Below, piece after piece: positions 17,931-27,060 of a DNA stretch of 64,000 nucleotides. Under the pieces are notes generated by a model that saw nothing but the letters and a program-made list of their open reading frames with translations, was not told the origin of the DNA and made no database searches. The stretch comes from a virus, in the IMG/VR virus record IMGVR_UViG_3300045988_173726, positions 32,001 through 96,000 of that record. One strand, written 5' to 3'. The position numbers and the translations under genes are program-made. Within the stretch, counting starts at the first letter, position 1; each line of letters opens with the position of its first letter.

Positions 17931-18909
17931 TAAAGACAATACAGCTGGGGTTTTCAGCGAATTATATGAGAAAAGAGAGGAAAAGGGAGAGAGCGCTAAA
18001 GAGGTTATAACAGAGCCTACGCTAGAAAGCCGAGCCGTAGCTTGTAAAGAGGCTCTAGCAGAGTATTTAACTCTTTCTAGAGGTCTTAACTCGGTATTTG
18101 TGCTGGATAGAGAGAAGTTCATAAAGTCAAGGCTTCGTCCCGCAGGGAAGGCGCTTTACGAGAGGGAGAAGGAGTTTCAGAGAGCGCTTCTTAACGATGC
18201 AGAAATAGGTATGAGTTTATTTAGCGAGACAGCGAGTGTTCCAAGTTACGAAGAAGTGGCGAGAGAGATGTGTGCGAAGTCGGTATCTCCGCTCCCGCAG
18301 ATAGTGCTAACGCTTGCGGTTTTAGTTGTAGCCTTTGTTGAGAGTTTTGTTAGCTTTAATACAGTAGACGCATCTGTGTTGAGTAGTTGTGTAGCTGGTG
18401 TTATTGCTTTTTCAACTTTCTTATTCTTAATCGGGTTGTTTGGTTCTAGGAGTGCATTAGATAGTATAGAGTCTACGCGAGTGTGTGAGGACGATGTTAG
18501 CAAGAGATATAACACAAAGTACAACTTAGCCAGAGGCACTGGAATCACGGAGAGCCTAAATAACTGTATTTCAGCAGAGGTGCGAGATACGATAAAGCGT
18601 TTAGTTGACGCAAATGAGTTTAAGTCATTAAGTTCGTTAGACGATTCCATATCTTACGAGGCGTTGGCAAGTTATGTGAAAGATAGAGCGCTGTGCGTGC
18701 GTTTATCTATGGAGGGCGGCAGTGGTTTAATTAAGAGGATTGAGAGTTATGCTCCCTATAAGCTTATATCAGCTCGGGAGCGGCTTACGGTATTGCAGAA
18801 TTACAGCAAAGGAAATTGTGATTACAGTCGTATAGGAAGTGGCGAAAGCTTATTTTCGCATATAGACCTCGTATCTGATGTAGTAGCGGTAAGAGAGGGG
18901 AGTAGATGA
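17899..18909 (+). CDS. Membrane protein, unknown function
   Basis: GTG start (17899 or 17908) after AAAGGAGAG. TM stretch IVLTLAVLVVAFVESFV...VAGVIAFSTFLFLIGLFG. Overlaps the previous gene's end. Confidence 0.6.
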   Translation: MVRVEKVLTLDKDNTAGVFSELYEKREEKGESAKEVITEPTLESRAVACKEALAEYLTLSRGLNSVFVLDREKFIKSRLRPAGKALYEREKEFQRALLNDAEIGMSLFSETASVPSYEEVAREMCAKSVSPLPQIVLTLAVLVVAFVESFVSFNTVDASVLSSCVAGVIAFSTFLFLIGLFGSRSALDSIESTRVCEDDVSKRYNTKYNLARGTGITESLNNCISAEVRDTIKRLVDANEFKSLSSLDDSISYEALASYVKDRALCVRLSMEGGSGLIKRIESYAPYKLISARERLTVLQNYSKGNCDYSRIGSGESLFSHIDLVSDVVAVREGSR

Positions 18910-19850
18910 GTGTAATGGAGCTTACGAAGAACGCTCCGAAAGATGAAGAGAGTTCGGAGCGGGTAGGTCTTTTCAGCAGTTTATTTTCTGGAGATAACAG
19001 GGAAGAGTCACAGTATGGGTTAGCATTCTTAGAGAGTGAGCGGGAGCGGATAGATAGGCTAGCGAAGGTAGCAGAGGGCGAGTTAGACAGGCAGGGAAGC
19101 AGTATTGTGGAGCGGCATAAAGCGGCGAGTGCGCTCCTTAGTGATGTAATGGGGAGTAATGCGTTTAACTGGGGTTTAGTTAGTGCAGTAAAGGAGCTGT
19201 TAGCAGGAAATAACGAGAAAATAGCGCGGGATAAGAGCAAGATAGCGACTAGCATTAAAAATGATTATGTTAATATTGCCTTACTTGTAGTGGCAATGTT
19301 TTTAGTTGGTCTTGAACTTCTGGGTACGCCAGTTGGATTTGTTGTAGCAATAGTTTTGATTTATATTGCTTTGCTAAATAACTCAAAGAAGATTACTATA
19401 TCAAGAGTTCTGGGGTATCTAGTGATTTCAGTCACGCACGGTAGCGTTATTGTACCGATTTTAGCAAGTATTTTAGAAAGCAGTTGGAATATCACCGAAA
19501 TAGGTGTTCTTATATTGGTGCTTCTTTCTGCTATGTTTTGGCTCGGGTTGGTTTTGCCTTTAAGTGGAGTCATAGAAGATTCAGTACCGGTGGTAACCAA
19601 GCGAGAGCCGAGGCAGTGTTTAATAAACAAGGGAGTATCTGAATACGCTTTGTCTGTGATAAAGAGGTGTTTTGACGCTGGAGTGATTTCGGATAGTAGT
19701 TTTAGTGCAGAAGCCGAAGATACAGCGAGCGGTGACGATGTTTATAAAAGAGTTCCCGAGAGAGTTCGAGTAAGCGCGTTAATTGCAGTTTTGCATGGTG
19801 ATACAGGGAGTCTTTCGTTAAGAGCGCTTGAGCGAGGGGTCGGGGTATGA
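18906..19850 (+). CDS. Membrane protein, unknown function (multi-TM)
   Basis: ATG overlaps the previous stop. TM stretches IALLVVAMFLVGLELLG, FVVAIVLIYIALL, LVISVTHGSVIVPILASIL, IGVLILVLLSAMFWLGLVL. Confidence 0.65.
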   Translation: MSVMELTKNAPKDEESSERVGLFSSLFSGDNREESQYGLAFLESERERIDRLAKVAEGELDRQGSSIVERHKAASALLSDVMGSNAFNWGLVSAVKELLAGNNEKIARDKSKIATSIKNDYVNIALLVVAMFLVGLELLGTPVGFVVAIVLIYIALLNNSKKITISRVLGYLVISVTHGSVIVPILASILESSWNITEIGVLILVLLSAMFWLGLVLPLSGVIEDSVPVVTKREPRQCLINKGVSEYALSVIKRCFDAGVISDSSFSAEAEDTASGDDVYKRVPERVRVSALIAVLHGDTGSLSLRALERGVGV

Positions 19851-19865
19851 AGCCGACCCCTTTTT
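19836..19865 (+). terminator. Intrinsic terminator overlapping the stop codon
   Basis: GGGGTCGG...CCGACCCC stem followed by TTTTT. Confidence 0.7.
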
Positions 19866-19913
19866 GTATCGTCTAGCGGGGGACAGGGCGCGTTCTGTCC
19901 TGTATAATTTATG

Positions 19914-19942
19914 TTGACTGACTTTTAATTAGGTGGTAAGAT
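19914..19942 (+). promoter_or_regulatory. Promoter, TTGACT-17-TAAGAT class
   Basis: TTGACT 19914-19919, 17-nt spacer, TAAGAT 19937-19942. The -10 context GTGGTAAGATAG is identical to that at 45759-45770. Confidence 0.6.
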
Positions 19943-19992
19943 AGAGACAAGTTAGGTAGAGCATGGGGCTTTTCCGAAAAGGGGGTACGGTC

Positions 19993-20385
19993 ATGGCAGG
20001 AAAGCGGAGTGTAAGTTTATCGGAATCTGTTAAGAGAAGCGTAGCGGAGCAGAGATACCTTACAGTAAAAGGGGCGTTGTTCGAGATAGTTCGAGTGATA
20101 GAAGAAGGAAGTGCTACTGCTTTACGGGTTGCAGAGCTTATCGTGTCAGTGTTCCTATCGCTTGCGGTTTGTAATGTGGTGGGTGAGTTGAATCCCGATA
20201 AAAGCATATGGGTATATAACTGTATGTTTGGCTGTGCGTGGGTTTTAGCGGCGACGGCGGTGATGCCTTATGCGGTAATGGTGGTAGGGAATCTGTTTCG
20301 GGTTATAGGCGCTGTTTTGCGTGGTGTAGCTGTTTATGTTAGGCGTTTATTTGTCGCAGAGCGTAGAGAGTTTGACCGATATTAA
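19993..20385 (+). CDS. Small membrane protein, unknown function
   Basis: ORF 19963..20385. ATG 19993 has a GGGGG SD and lies a sensible distance from the promoter. TM stretches LIVSVFLSLAVCNVV and CAWVLAATAVMPYAVMVV. Confidence 0.55.
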   Translation: MAGKRSVSLSESVKRSVAEQRYLTVKGALFEIVRVIEEGSATALRVAELIVSVFLSLAVCNVVGELNPDKSIWVYNCMFGCAWVLAATAVMPYAVMVVGNLFRVIGAVLRGVAVYVRRLFVAERREFDRY

Positions 20386-20409
20386 GGATATACCAGACAG
20401 ATTTCGAGG

Positions 20410-20446
20410 CGGGGCGGGAGCAAAAGACCCGTCCCGATTTTTGTTT
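20410..20446 (+). terminator. Intrinsic terminator
   Basis: CGGGGCGGG / CCCGTCCCG stem (one G-T pair) followed by ATTTTTGTTT. Confidence 0.6.
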
Positions 20447-20500
20447 GTACTTTGAGCATGGTTTGTACTTCTGAAAAAGAAATTTGGCTCGTGTGAGAGA

Positions 20501-20642
20501 GTAGGTGAGGCTTTTCTATTTTATAGACTCTCTAAAATCACGGAAATACCATAGTGGATTTTATGGGTAGACCTATGGGTAAAAATGGCTATACCAGCCA
20601 CTAAAAATTTTGAGCTTGAAAAGCACAGGTTTTTTCGAGGGC
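20501..20642 (+). repeat. Conserved intergenic element, copy A (partner at 37161-37277)
   Basis: GTAGGTGAGGCTTTTCTATTTTATAGACTC...AAATACCATAG...TGGCTATACC...TTTTTTCGAGG aligns with copy B with scattered substitutions and one indel. Confidence 0.6.
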
Positions 20643-20802
20643 GTCTTCTCGAACAGCCGTTTGGGTAGGGGGCTTGGGGCAGGGTTTTGCAAAAGGATTG
20701 CAAGTTCATAAAATTAGAGGGAGTTGAACAAAGCCTTCCAGACTGGGAAGAGCCTGTTTACCCGTCCGTGTTTATGGGAATAAAGTTTTTAGGAGGTGTG
20801 AA

Positions 20803-21720
20803 ATGATTTGGGCATTGGCGCGTTGCATTGAGAGAGGGAAGTTAGTCGGGTATTTGGTGTTTGATGACACAACTTCCGAGGCTCGTACAGCTTCTCTAGC
20901 GAGTGTAGAGGCAAATCTAGGTCTTATAGAAAACTTTGCCTATGGTATTCCGAATACAGACAAGTATCCTATCGTAACAGGCGGTAAGTTTATCGAGAGT
21001 GCGGTGGTAGCGAAGCGGAATCGGTATAATCTTGGCAGAGAGCGGGTAGCGATGTTTTGCACTGGGGTAGTAGACGAGACATATCGTATTGTGTTTATGC
21101 CTTACGGTGGTAGTTTAGATGATTTGAGTTACAAGGTGATAAGCCAGATAAATCTAAATAGGTGCATAAAGGAGTACGGGGAGCAGGCAATCTTTAACGC
21201 AGAGCGTGGCGAGGACGGAAGCTTGGTGTTTAAGAGCGCGATATGTGAATCGGTTAAAGCGCCGAGTAAGGTAAACGGTGCGAGGGCAGTATTTTTAGCG
21301 CGAGCGAGAGCCTTGGTCGGGGTAAGTCTTGGGGATGACGGTACGCTTAATCGTATACCTGCACATGAGACTCGTTCGTTTGAAGTTCCGCTCGGGACAT
21401 ATCATATCGGAGAGCGTTGTTTTGTAGGGGCGAGGGGAGCTATCATTGCTTTTCCGTCTACGGTTAGGAGTGTCGGGGAGTATGCATTTAGCGGGTGTGG
21501 CTTGGTAGAAGTAAGGCTAAATGACGGGCTTCGAGAGATAAAGCGGTGTGCTTTTGAGGATAACAGCTTTGAGGAAGTAACGCTTCCAGAGAGTGTAGAC
21601 ATAGTGCGCGGGCAAGCGTTTAGGGGTTGTTCAAAGTTAAAGCGGGTAAAGCTGTTTAGGCGGACGAAGGTCGAGAATATGGCATTTCCGAGGGCTGTAA
21701 AGTTTGTTTATCTGGGATAA
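20803..21720 (+). CDS. BspA-type leucine-rich-repeat protein with paralog-family N-terminus
   Basis: N-terminal module GKLVGYLVFDDTTSEA. LRR units HIGERCFVGA / VRSVGEYAFSGC / LREIKRCAFEDN / VDIVRGQAFRGC. Confidence 0.6.
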   Translation: MIWALARCIERGKLVGYLVFDDTTSEARTASLASVEANLGLIENFAYGIPNTDKYPIVTGGKFIESAVVAKRNRYNLGRERVAMFCTGVVDETYRIVFMPYGGSLDDLSYKVISQINLNRCIKEYGEQAIFNAERGEDGSLVFKSAICESVKAPSKVNGARAVFLARARALVGVSLGDDGTLNRIPAHETRSFEVPLGTYHIGERCFVGARGAIIAFPSTVRSVGEYAFSGCGLVEVRLNDGLREIKRCAFEDNSFEEVTLPESVDIVRGQAFRGCSKLKRVKLFRRTKVENMAFPRAVKFVYLG

Positions 21721-21747
21721 GTAAAGGTTAAAGTCGTTCATTTTAGG

Positions 21748-21781
21748 GGCGAGGTAGCTATAATAGGCTACCTCGCCTTTT
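21748..21781 (+). terminator. Intrinsic terminator
   Basis: GGCGAGGTAGC / GCTACCTCGCC 11-bp stem followed by TTTT. Confidence 0.7.
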
Positions 21782-21795
21782 GAATTTGTCTCATG

Positions 21796-21804
21796 TGGTA
21801 TACT
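21796..21804 (+). promoter_or_regulatory. Extended -10 promoter candidate
   Basis: TG-G-TATACT upstream of the 21882 gene. No good -35 element. Confidence 0.3.
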
Positions 21805-21881
21805 TATCTATAAACCCCTACTTGTTTTGCAAGTAGTTTTTAACGGAAATCGTTTGCCGAGAGGCAGAGAGGGGAATAGAG

Positions 21882-24866
21882 ATGGCAGATATAGTGATTA
21901 AGCGGACAGTGCCGCCAGAGGTGTATGCAATCGCTTTGGTAGTGGAGGGTAAGAAGGTAGTAGGGGTTCGGATGGTAGACGTGAGCCTAAAGCTCGGCTC
22001 GAAGGGGAGCTTGTTTGAATTTCCGCTTGGGGTTGTAGAGAAAGCTGTTCGGACGGACGCGAATCTGATACGGAATCTTGCATTTAACGGCAGTTTAAGG
22101 CTTATAAACGGAGACATACGGAAGTTTCCAGCGGTAGACAAGGCAGGAAAGCTACTTACGCCAGAGCGAGTTCATGTGTTAAATACGATTACGCAGGACG
22201 GACGGATAGTGGGGTATCGTATAGTAAATTATAAGGGCAAGACAGTTAGAGAGCGAGCGGATAAGGTAATTGCGGCGGTCGAGAAGTTTGGTTTATTAAA
22301 CGGAATCATACAGGAGAACAGCTACACGAAGGTCATCTCGGGGATAGAGCGTCCGATAGCGAATGTAGAGCTTTCAAAAGCGGCAGTGGCAGAGACAAAG
22401 AGCGGCAGTCGGAGGATAAGGGCGGCATCTTCGTTAGCTGAAAACGGGGTAGCTAGGAGAGAGGCTATTGATTTAGAGAATATTCTTGAGAAGAATGACG
22501 CATTTAAGTCATTAAACCACAGCCAAAAGACGGCTTTGCAGAAGTATTATATGTGGTATACGGTTGAGAAGTTTAACGGTTTGGCACAAGGAACAGTACT
22601 TGAAGCAAATCCTGTGAAGCTTGCAAAGCTTGCAGAGCTACGGGGTTATGACAAGTGGGTTTACGGTGGCTACATGGACTGTAGAGAAGTCGGAAAGGTT
22701 CATTGTGAGCTTGGTCATCCGTTGCGTCATGTGCATTATGCAAACGCGGTGGATAAGAGCGGGAAGGTCTTACGGACAATATGCTTTGGAGAGGATTGCT
22801 CGGCAGATTTTTTCAGTATTCCGAGGGAGAACATGGCAAAGCTTGCGAAAGTAAGACAGCAAGTATCTTCCGAGATAGACGAATTACTTGAAATCATGAA
22901 TAACCGAGACACAGCGAGCGAGGAAGATTTGCACCCCGTGCCTTTGTTTGAGAAGCTTGTATTTAGTCAGAAGGAAGCGGAGATAGTAAAGTTCTTCGGG
23001 CAGAAGTTAGGGACTAGTTTAATGGACTATAAAGCGACAGGGCTTCCGTTTCCGCAGAGTATGGTAGAGTTAGCTTGTCAGAAGATACAGGAAGAGGGTA
23101 GAGAGGGACTAAACTATCTCGGTAATGTAGCAAAGGAGTATCGAGACACGATAGAGCGGGTTTATGAGTCGCCGTACTATTACGGGATAATGACTGCCTT
23201 TAAGGATTATCTGAAATTCACGATGCAGAATACGATTGAAGGTAAATACCGCTACAATCCCTCTAAGAAGAACGACTACAACAAAGGCAAGGGCAGTTTT
23301 AGTAAGAAAGCCGTTTATGAGAGGCGGGTATTGCTGTATCGCTTTAGGGAGAGTTTAGGGGCTACGGCATTTACCTTTAAGGAGCTTGGTGAGTTACTGG
23401 GTATCTTTAAGACAAATCTCACACGGTCTGATGAAATCTGGGACGATTTTACGAAGGTTTGCGATAACATTTTACGCGAGAAGCCGTCTGACGAGGTTAA
23501 GAAGAAGTTAGTGCCTATTGTGCTTGCTTCAAGGCTTACAAGTAAGGTGTATAGAGCAAGGCTTTGTTCTTTGAAGCTTGACGGAGCTAGTCGGTATAGT
23601 TTCGGGATAACTGATTTTAAGAGTGTCTTTGATATAACTTCGATAGAGAATGTTGAGAGGTATGCAAAGTATTTAGCCGAGTCAACAGTGGCGTATCGAG
23701 AGGGTTTAGCAGAGTATAAGCGTTTATCTGGGGAGAAGCCCGTAGAGAAGCCTAGAGAGAGCCTAGGCGTTGCAGAGGCGAAGCGGCAGGGTCTTGAGAT
23801 AGTGAGCGGTTTAACGCGGATTTTGCCAGACTTAGATAAGCATATCGGGGCGGTGGTTTTTGATAGTCCAGAGGGTATTAAGCTTCAAGGAATAGACTAT
23901 GCAGGGGCAGAGAAAGAGGGCATGACGATTACGACAGAGAAGTTAGCTCTAGCCTATGCAATGACACCGAAGGGGAATAAGCTATACTTAAATTTAATCG
24001 CGAAGCTTAAGTTTATCACGGAGAACGAGAGCGAGTCAGCCTATGCAGTGAGTGAGGCGATGGTGCGTGTGAATCCAAAGAGCGGTGAGGCAGAGCCGCT
24101 TGAATTGAAGAGTTTAGGGGCAATTATCCTAGAGATAAATGAGGCTTGCGGGGTGTCGGAGCGTGCAAGAGAGCTTTTTAGCGCAGAGTATGCTACAGGG
24201 GAATACCTTGGAGCATTAAAGTGGCTCTTAGATAATCTTATCAACAGGAATCGACTCGGAAACGCAAGCACAGAGAGTGTAAAGGCTTTCTATAGCGCAT
24301 ATACAAAGGATTCTCTTACGGATAAGCACTACGAGGCGCTGTTTAGCGGTGATTCTTCTTCTTCTGGGGAAGCGGGAGCAGGAAGTAAGAAGTCTGACGA
24401 GGAGGTTCTTAAGGAGTATTCAAAGTCTCTTATCAAGGCGCTTCATGTGAAGAAAGGTAAGACGCAGGGATACAGTGTTTATCTGGTAAAGGGAAATCCG
24501 ATGATTGTAGCTTATAATCTGGATAATGATAATCGTTTAAGCGTCTTTACGGCGTTTTATAACCGTAAAAGATGGACTAGTAACATTTGGGACAGGGCAA
24601 AGCGTTGCGGGGACGCAGATTTAATATTCGGAGCGATGCTAAGTAGCGCTGTAAATGGAAAGGGCTTTGAGGATGCGCTAAAGCTGTTAAACGGAAAGAG
24701 GGCAGAAACGCTTAAACCTGTAGTGCTTGGTATGGTAACTGGCATCGAGGCTTTGAACGGTGGAATAGAGCCTATTAAGAGCAAGTATATGAGCGCAGAG
24801 GGAGATGAGATATTCAGTAAGGACGGAAATATCGACAACAAGGTTTACAAGGCGCTGTTAGAGTGA
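21882..24866 (+). CDS. Large hypothetical protein (994 aa), paralog-family N-terminus, His/Cys cluster
   Basis: Modules KKVVGVRMVDVSLKLG and GRIVGYRIVNYKGKTV. Possible metal site: HCELGHPLRHVHYA...CFGEDC. Confidence 0.7.
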   Translation: MADIVIKRTVPPEVYAIALVVEGKKVVGVRMVDVSLKLGSKGSLFEFPLGVVEKAVRTDANLIRNLAFNGSLRLINGDIRKFPAVDKAGKLLTPERVHVLNTITQDGRIVGYRIVNYKGKTVRERADKVIAAVEKFGLLNGIIQENSYTKVISGIERPIANVELSKAAVAETKSGSRRIRAASSLAENGVARREAIDLENILEKNDAFKSLNHSQKTALQKYYMWYTVEKFNGLAQGTVLEANPVKLAKLAELRGYDKWVYGGYMDCREVGKVHCELGHPLRHVHYANAVDKSGKVLRTICFGEDCSADFFSIPRENMAKLAKVRQQVSSEIDELLEIMNNRDTASEEDLHPVPLFEKLVFSQKEAEIVKFFGQKLGTSLMDYKATGLPFPQSMVELACQKIQEEGREGLNYLGNVAKEYRDTIERVYESPYYYGIMTAFKDYLKFTMQNTIEGKYRYNPSKKNDYNKGKGSFSKKAVYERRVLLYRFRESLGATAFTFKELGELLGIFKTNLTRSDEIWDDFTKVCDNILREKPSDEVKKKLVPIVLASRLTSKVYRARLCSLKLDGASRYSFGITDFKSVFDITSIENVERYAKYLAESTVAYREGLAEYKRLSGEKPVEKPRESLGVAEAKRQGLEIVSGLTRILPDLDKHIGAVVFDSPEGIKLQGIDYAGAEKEGMTITTEKLALAYAMTPKGNKLYLNLIAKLKFITENESESAYAVSEAMVRVNPKSGEAEPLELKSLGAIILEINEACGVSERARELFSAEYATGEYLGALKWLLDNLINRNRLGNASTESVKAFYSAYTKDSLTDKHYEALFSGDSSSSGEAGAGSKKSDEEVLKEYSKSLIKALHVKKGKTQGYSVYLVKGNPMIVAYNLDNDNRLSVFTAFYNRKRWTSNIWDRAKRCGDADLIFGAMLSSAVNGKGFEDALKLLNGKRAETLKPVVLGMVTGIEALNGGIEPIKSKYMSAEGDEIFSKDGNIDNKVYKALLE

Positions 24867-24939
24867 TTTTAAGTAGCGTGGTGGTCTACGGGGAGAGAAT
24901 GAATCTCTCCCCGTCTTTAGAGATAGAGAGGGGTAGCTT

Positions 24940-26904
24940 ATGGATAGCAAGCTAATTGCAAAGTATTTATCAAAAGGTGGGTTTAAGGAAACTAGCATTG
25001 TACTGGCTTCTGGCAGGGCGGAAAAGAACAGTGCTGTATCTGGGGTTAGGCGTAGTAAAGGTAGCCCTGTGCAGACTAGTAACGCTGTGGAGTCTGTTCG
25101 GACAGATGTAGCCGAAAATGGTAACGCTACAACAGCTACAGCTATGCCGTCTGACATTAAGAGCGCGAGTAAGGGGAGCGCAAAGGAATCTGGGGCAACT
25201 GTGGGAGAAATAATCAAGTTTTCTCCTACGGATGACTTTTCTTCGCTGTACAACAAGGTAAAGCTAGGTGGTAACGAGACTTCCCTTTCGGAGATTGGGA
25301 AGCGTATCTTTCAGAATGCGATTCAGTGCTTAGTTTCGGTCTTTCGGATTAGGAGTGTGCAGGGTGGAACAGTACATTGCGGGCTTCTAGGAGAGGATAT
25401 TGCGCTGGTTTATCATGTGCATCCAGACGGGGCATTTGTTGCGGAGAGAGTTTCATTTATAGAGGGTTCTCGTGCGGGGCATATGCTTTTATTTAAGGGT
25501 TTAGAGGGCGACAAGTTAATTACGAGCGGTATTTCCGAGTATCTTATGAACGGAAGTGTTGAGGAAACAGCGAAGAAGGTAAGTGAGGAAACTGCAAAGA
25601 ATGTGTTTGGAAAGGCGAAGGCGGTATTTGAGGATTATGCTGGGATTTCCACGGTTTTAAGCAGGATAGACGCAAATCTTATGCAGGAGTATCTAAGTGG
25701 GAAGTTGTCAGACGAGAAGCAGTTGATAACAAAGAGCGATGTGGTGCATAAGCGGTTTGACGGAATAAAGACGCATAGTCTAAATAGTAAATCAAGAGAT
25801 TTGGCGCTTGACTACGAGGATGCGGCGGTATTGCTTGTGCGTTTAGCTGGGGCTAGTTTAGACGGCTTAAAGTTTGAGGACGATTTGTTTGTAAGCCGAG
25901 CGACTTACGAGATTGATAACGGAATTGAGATGAGTAAGCGGTTTGGGCAGAGGGTTACGGTAGAGTTAGAGATAGATAAGAGAAGTTATCTATCGGATTT
26001 TAGGCTAAAGTTTGAGCCTAGCGGTAAAACGGTCAGCCTGTTTACTGCGCCGAGTGAAATCGGGAGTGTGAGTGGGGCAGGTGGCTGGGTTTTGAATGTC
26101 AAGGAGGGGTTAAGCGAGGCAGTAAGAAAAGTGCTTGGAGTTGCGGTATTTGAGCATCTTACGGGAGTTAGAGATTCGGAGCGAGTGATACAAGAGATAG
26201 CGGAAGTTCGTGGAGACGCGCTAAATAGTCATATGGCGGTATCGAAGGTACATGAGATGTGTTCAGTTTTGTTTGCAATATTGGGGACACAAGTTCCGAA
26301 GGCAGTTGAAAAGACTAGCATTACCGCGCTGAAAGCATGGGAAGCTTGGGCAGATGACGAGAAGAACAGAGAGTTTGTAAAAGAGTATTGCCAGAGAGCG
26401 ATTAAGTTTAGGGAGCGGCTATTAAGGTTTGCGGACAGGAACTTGGATAGTTCCGTTGCACTGTTTACGATGGATGAAGAGCATATGGACGATGACGGAG
26501 TTGCCTTTGCTATCGTTTATGATTTTCGGAAGTATTCCGCGACAAACGGGCTTTATTTAATCGTAGATAAGGACGGAGACGGGGATGTAGTAGAGGATTT
26601 GTATGATTATAGAGCTGGTGGAAGCGGAAGCGACCATGAGTTGCTAAATATAATCGCGCATTTTGACGAGACAGCGCCAGACGCATTGGTTCGGTATCTA
26701 ATGCGAGAGGGTAGGGATACGGCATCGTTGGCTTTTGACGCATTAGGGAAAGATATATACGGGACAACAAAGTTTATCGGGCAGATAGAGAGTAAGTTAG
26801 AGACGACAGACGGTATGCAAGACGCGGTAAGGGATTATTTGTACTGTAAGAAAGAAGGTATCGCAGTTCCAAAGAGGGTTCTTCGCGAGTTAGTGAGAGC
26901 ATAA
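24940..26904 (+). CDS. Hypothetical protein (654 aa) with DKDGDGD acidic loop
   Basis: Long ORF with a GAGAGGGG SD-like sequence. Disordered Ser/Ala-rich N-terminus. LYLIVDKDGDGDVVED is encoded at about 26551-26598; the DKDGDGD loop itself at 26566-26586. Confidence 0.7.
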   Translation: MDSKLIAKYLSKGGFKETSIVLASGRAEKNSAVSGVRRSKGSPVQTSNAVESVRTDVAENGNATTATAMPSDIKSASKGSAKESGATVGEIIKFSPTDDFSSLYNKVKLGGNETSLSEIGKRIFQNAIQCLVSVFRIRSVQGGTVHCGLLGEDIALVYHVHPDGAFVAERVSFIEGSRAGHMLLFKGLEGDKLITSGISEYLMNGSVEETAKKVSEETAKNVFGKAKAVFEDYAGISTVLSRIDANLMQEYLSGKLSDEKQLITKSDVVHKRFDGIKTHSLNSKSRDLALDYEDAAVLLVRLAGASLDGLKFEDDLFVSRATYEIDNGIEMSKRFGQRVTVELEIDKRSYLSDFRLKFEPSGKTVSLFTAPSEIGSVSGAGGWVLNVKEGLSEAVRKVLGVAVFEHLTGVRDSERVIQEIAEVRGDALNSHMAVSKVHEMCSVLFAILGTQVPKAVEKTSITALKAWEAWADDEKNREFVKEYCQRAIKFRERLLRFADRNLDSSVALFTMDEEHMDDDGVAFAIVYDFRKYSATNGLYLIVDKDGDGDVVEDLYDYRAGGSGSDHELLNIIAHFDETAPDALVRYLMREGRDTASLAFDALGKDIYGTTKFIGQIESKLETTDGMQDAVRDYLYCKKEGIAVPKRVLRELVRA

Positions 26905-26928
26905 TAGGGGCTAAAGGATAAAAGTTAG

Positions 26929-26966
26929 CGGGTAGTAAGGAATTCCTACCCGTACTTTTAATTTTT
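26929..26966 (+). terminator. Candidate intrinsic terminator
   Basis: CGGGTAG...CTACCCG stem followed by TACTTTTAATTTTT. Confidence 0.4.
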
Positions 26967-27060
26967 GAAGTACTATGAAAACACTGGCAGTACACAGGGG
27001 CTATGTGCAGTATGATTTTTAAGTAAAATTTTGGGCAGTTACGGAAAAGGAGAGGAATGG

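Noticed and set aside
20521-20709. 62-aa minus-strand ORF inside conserved intergenic element A
   Set aside because: The second copy of the element (37161-37277) has no equivalent open frame, so the conservation is not protein-coding.
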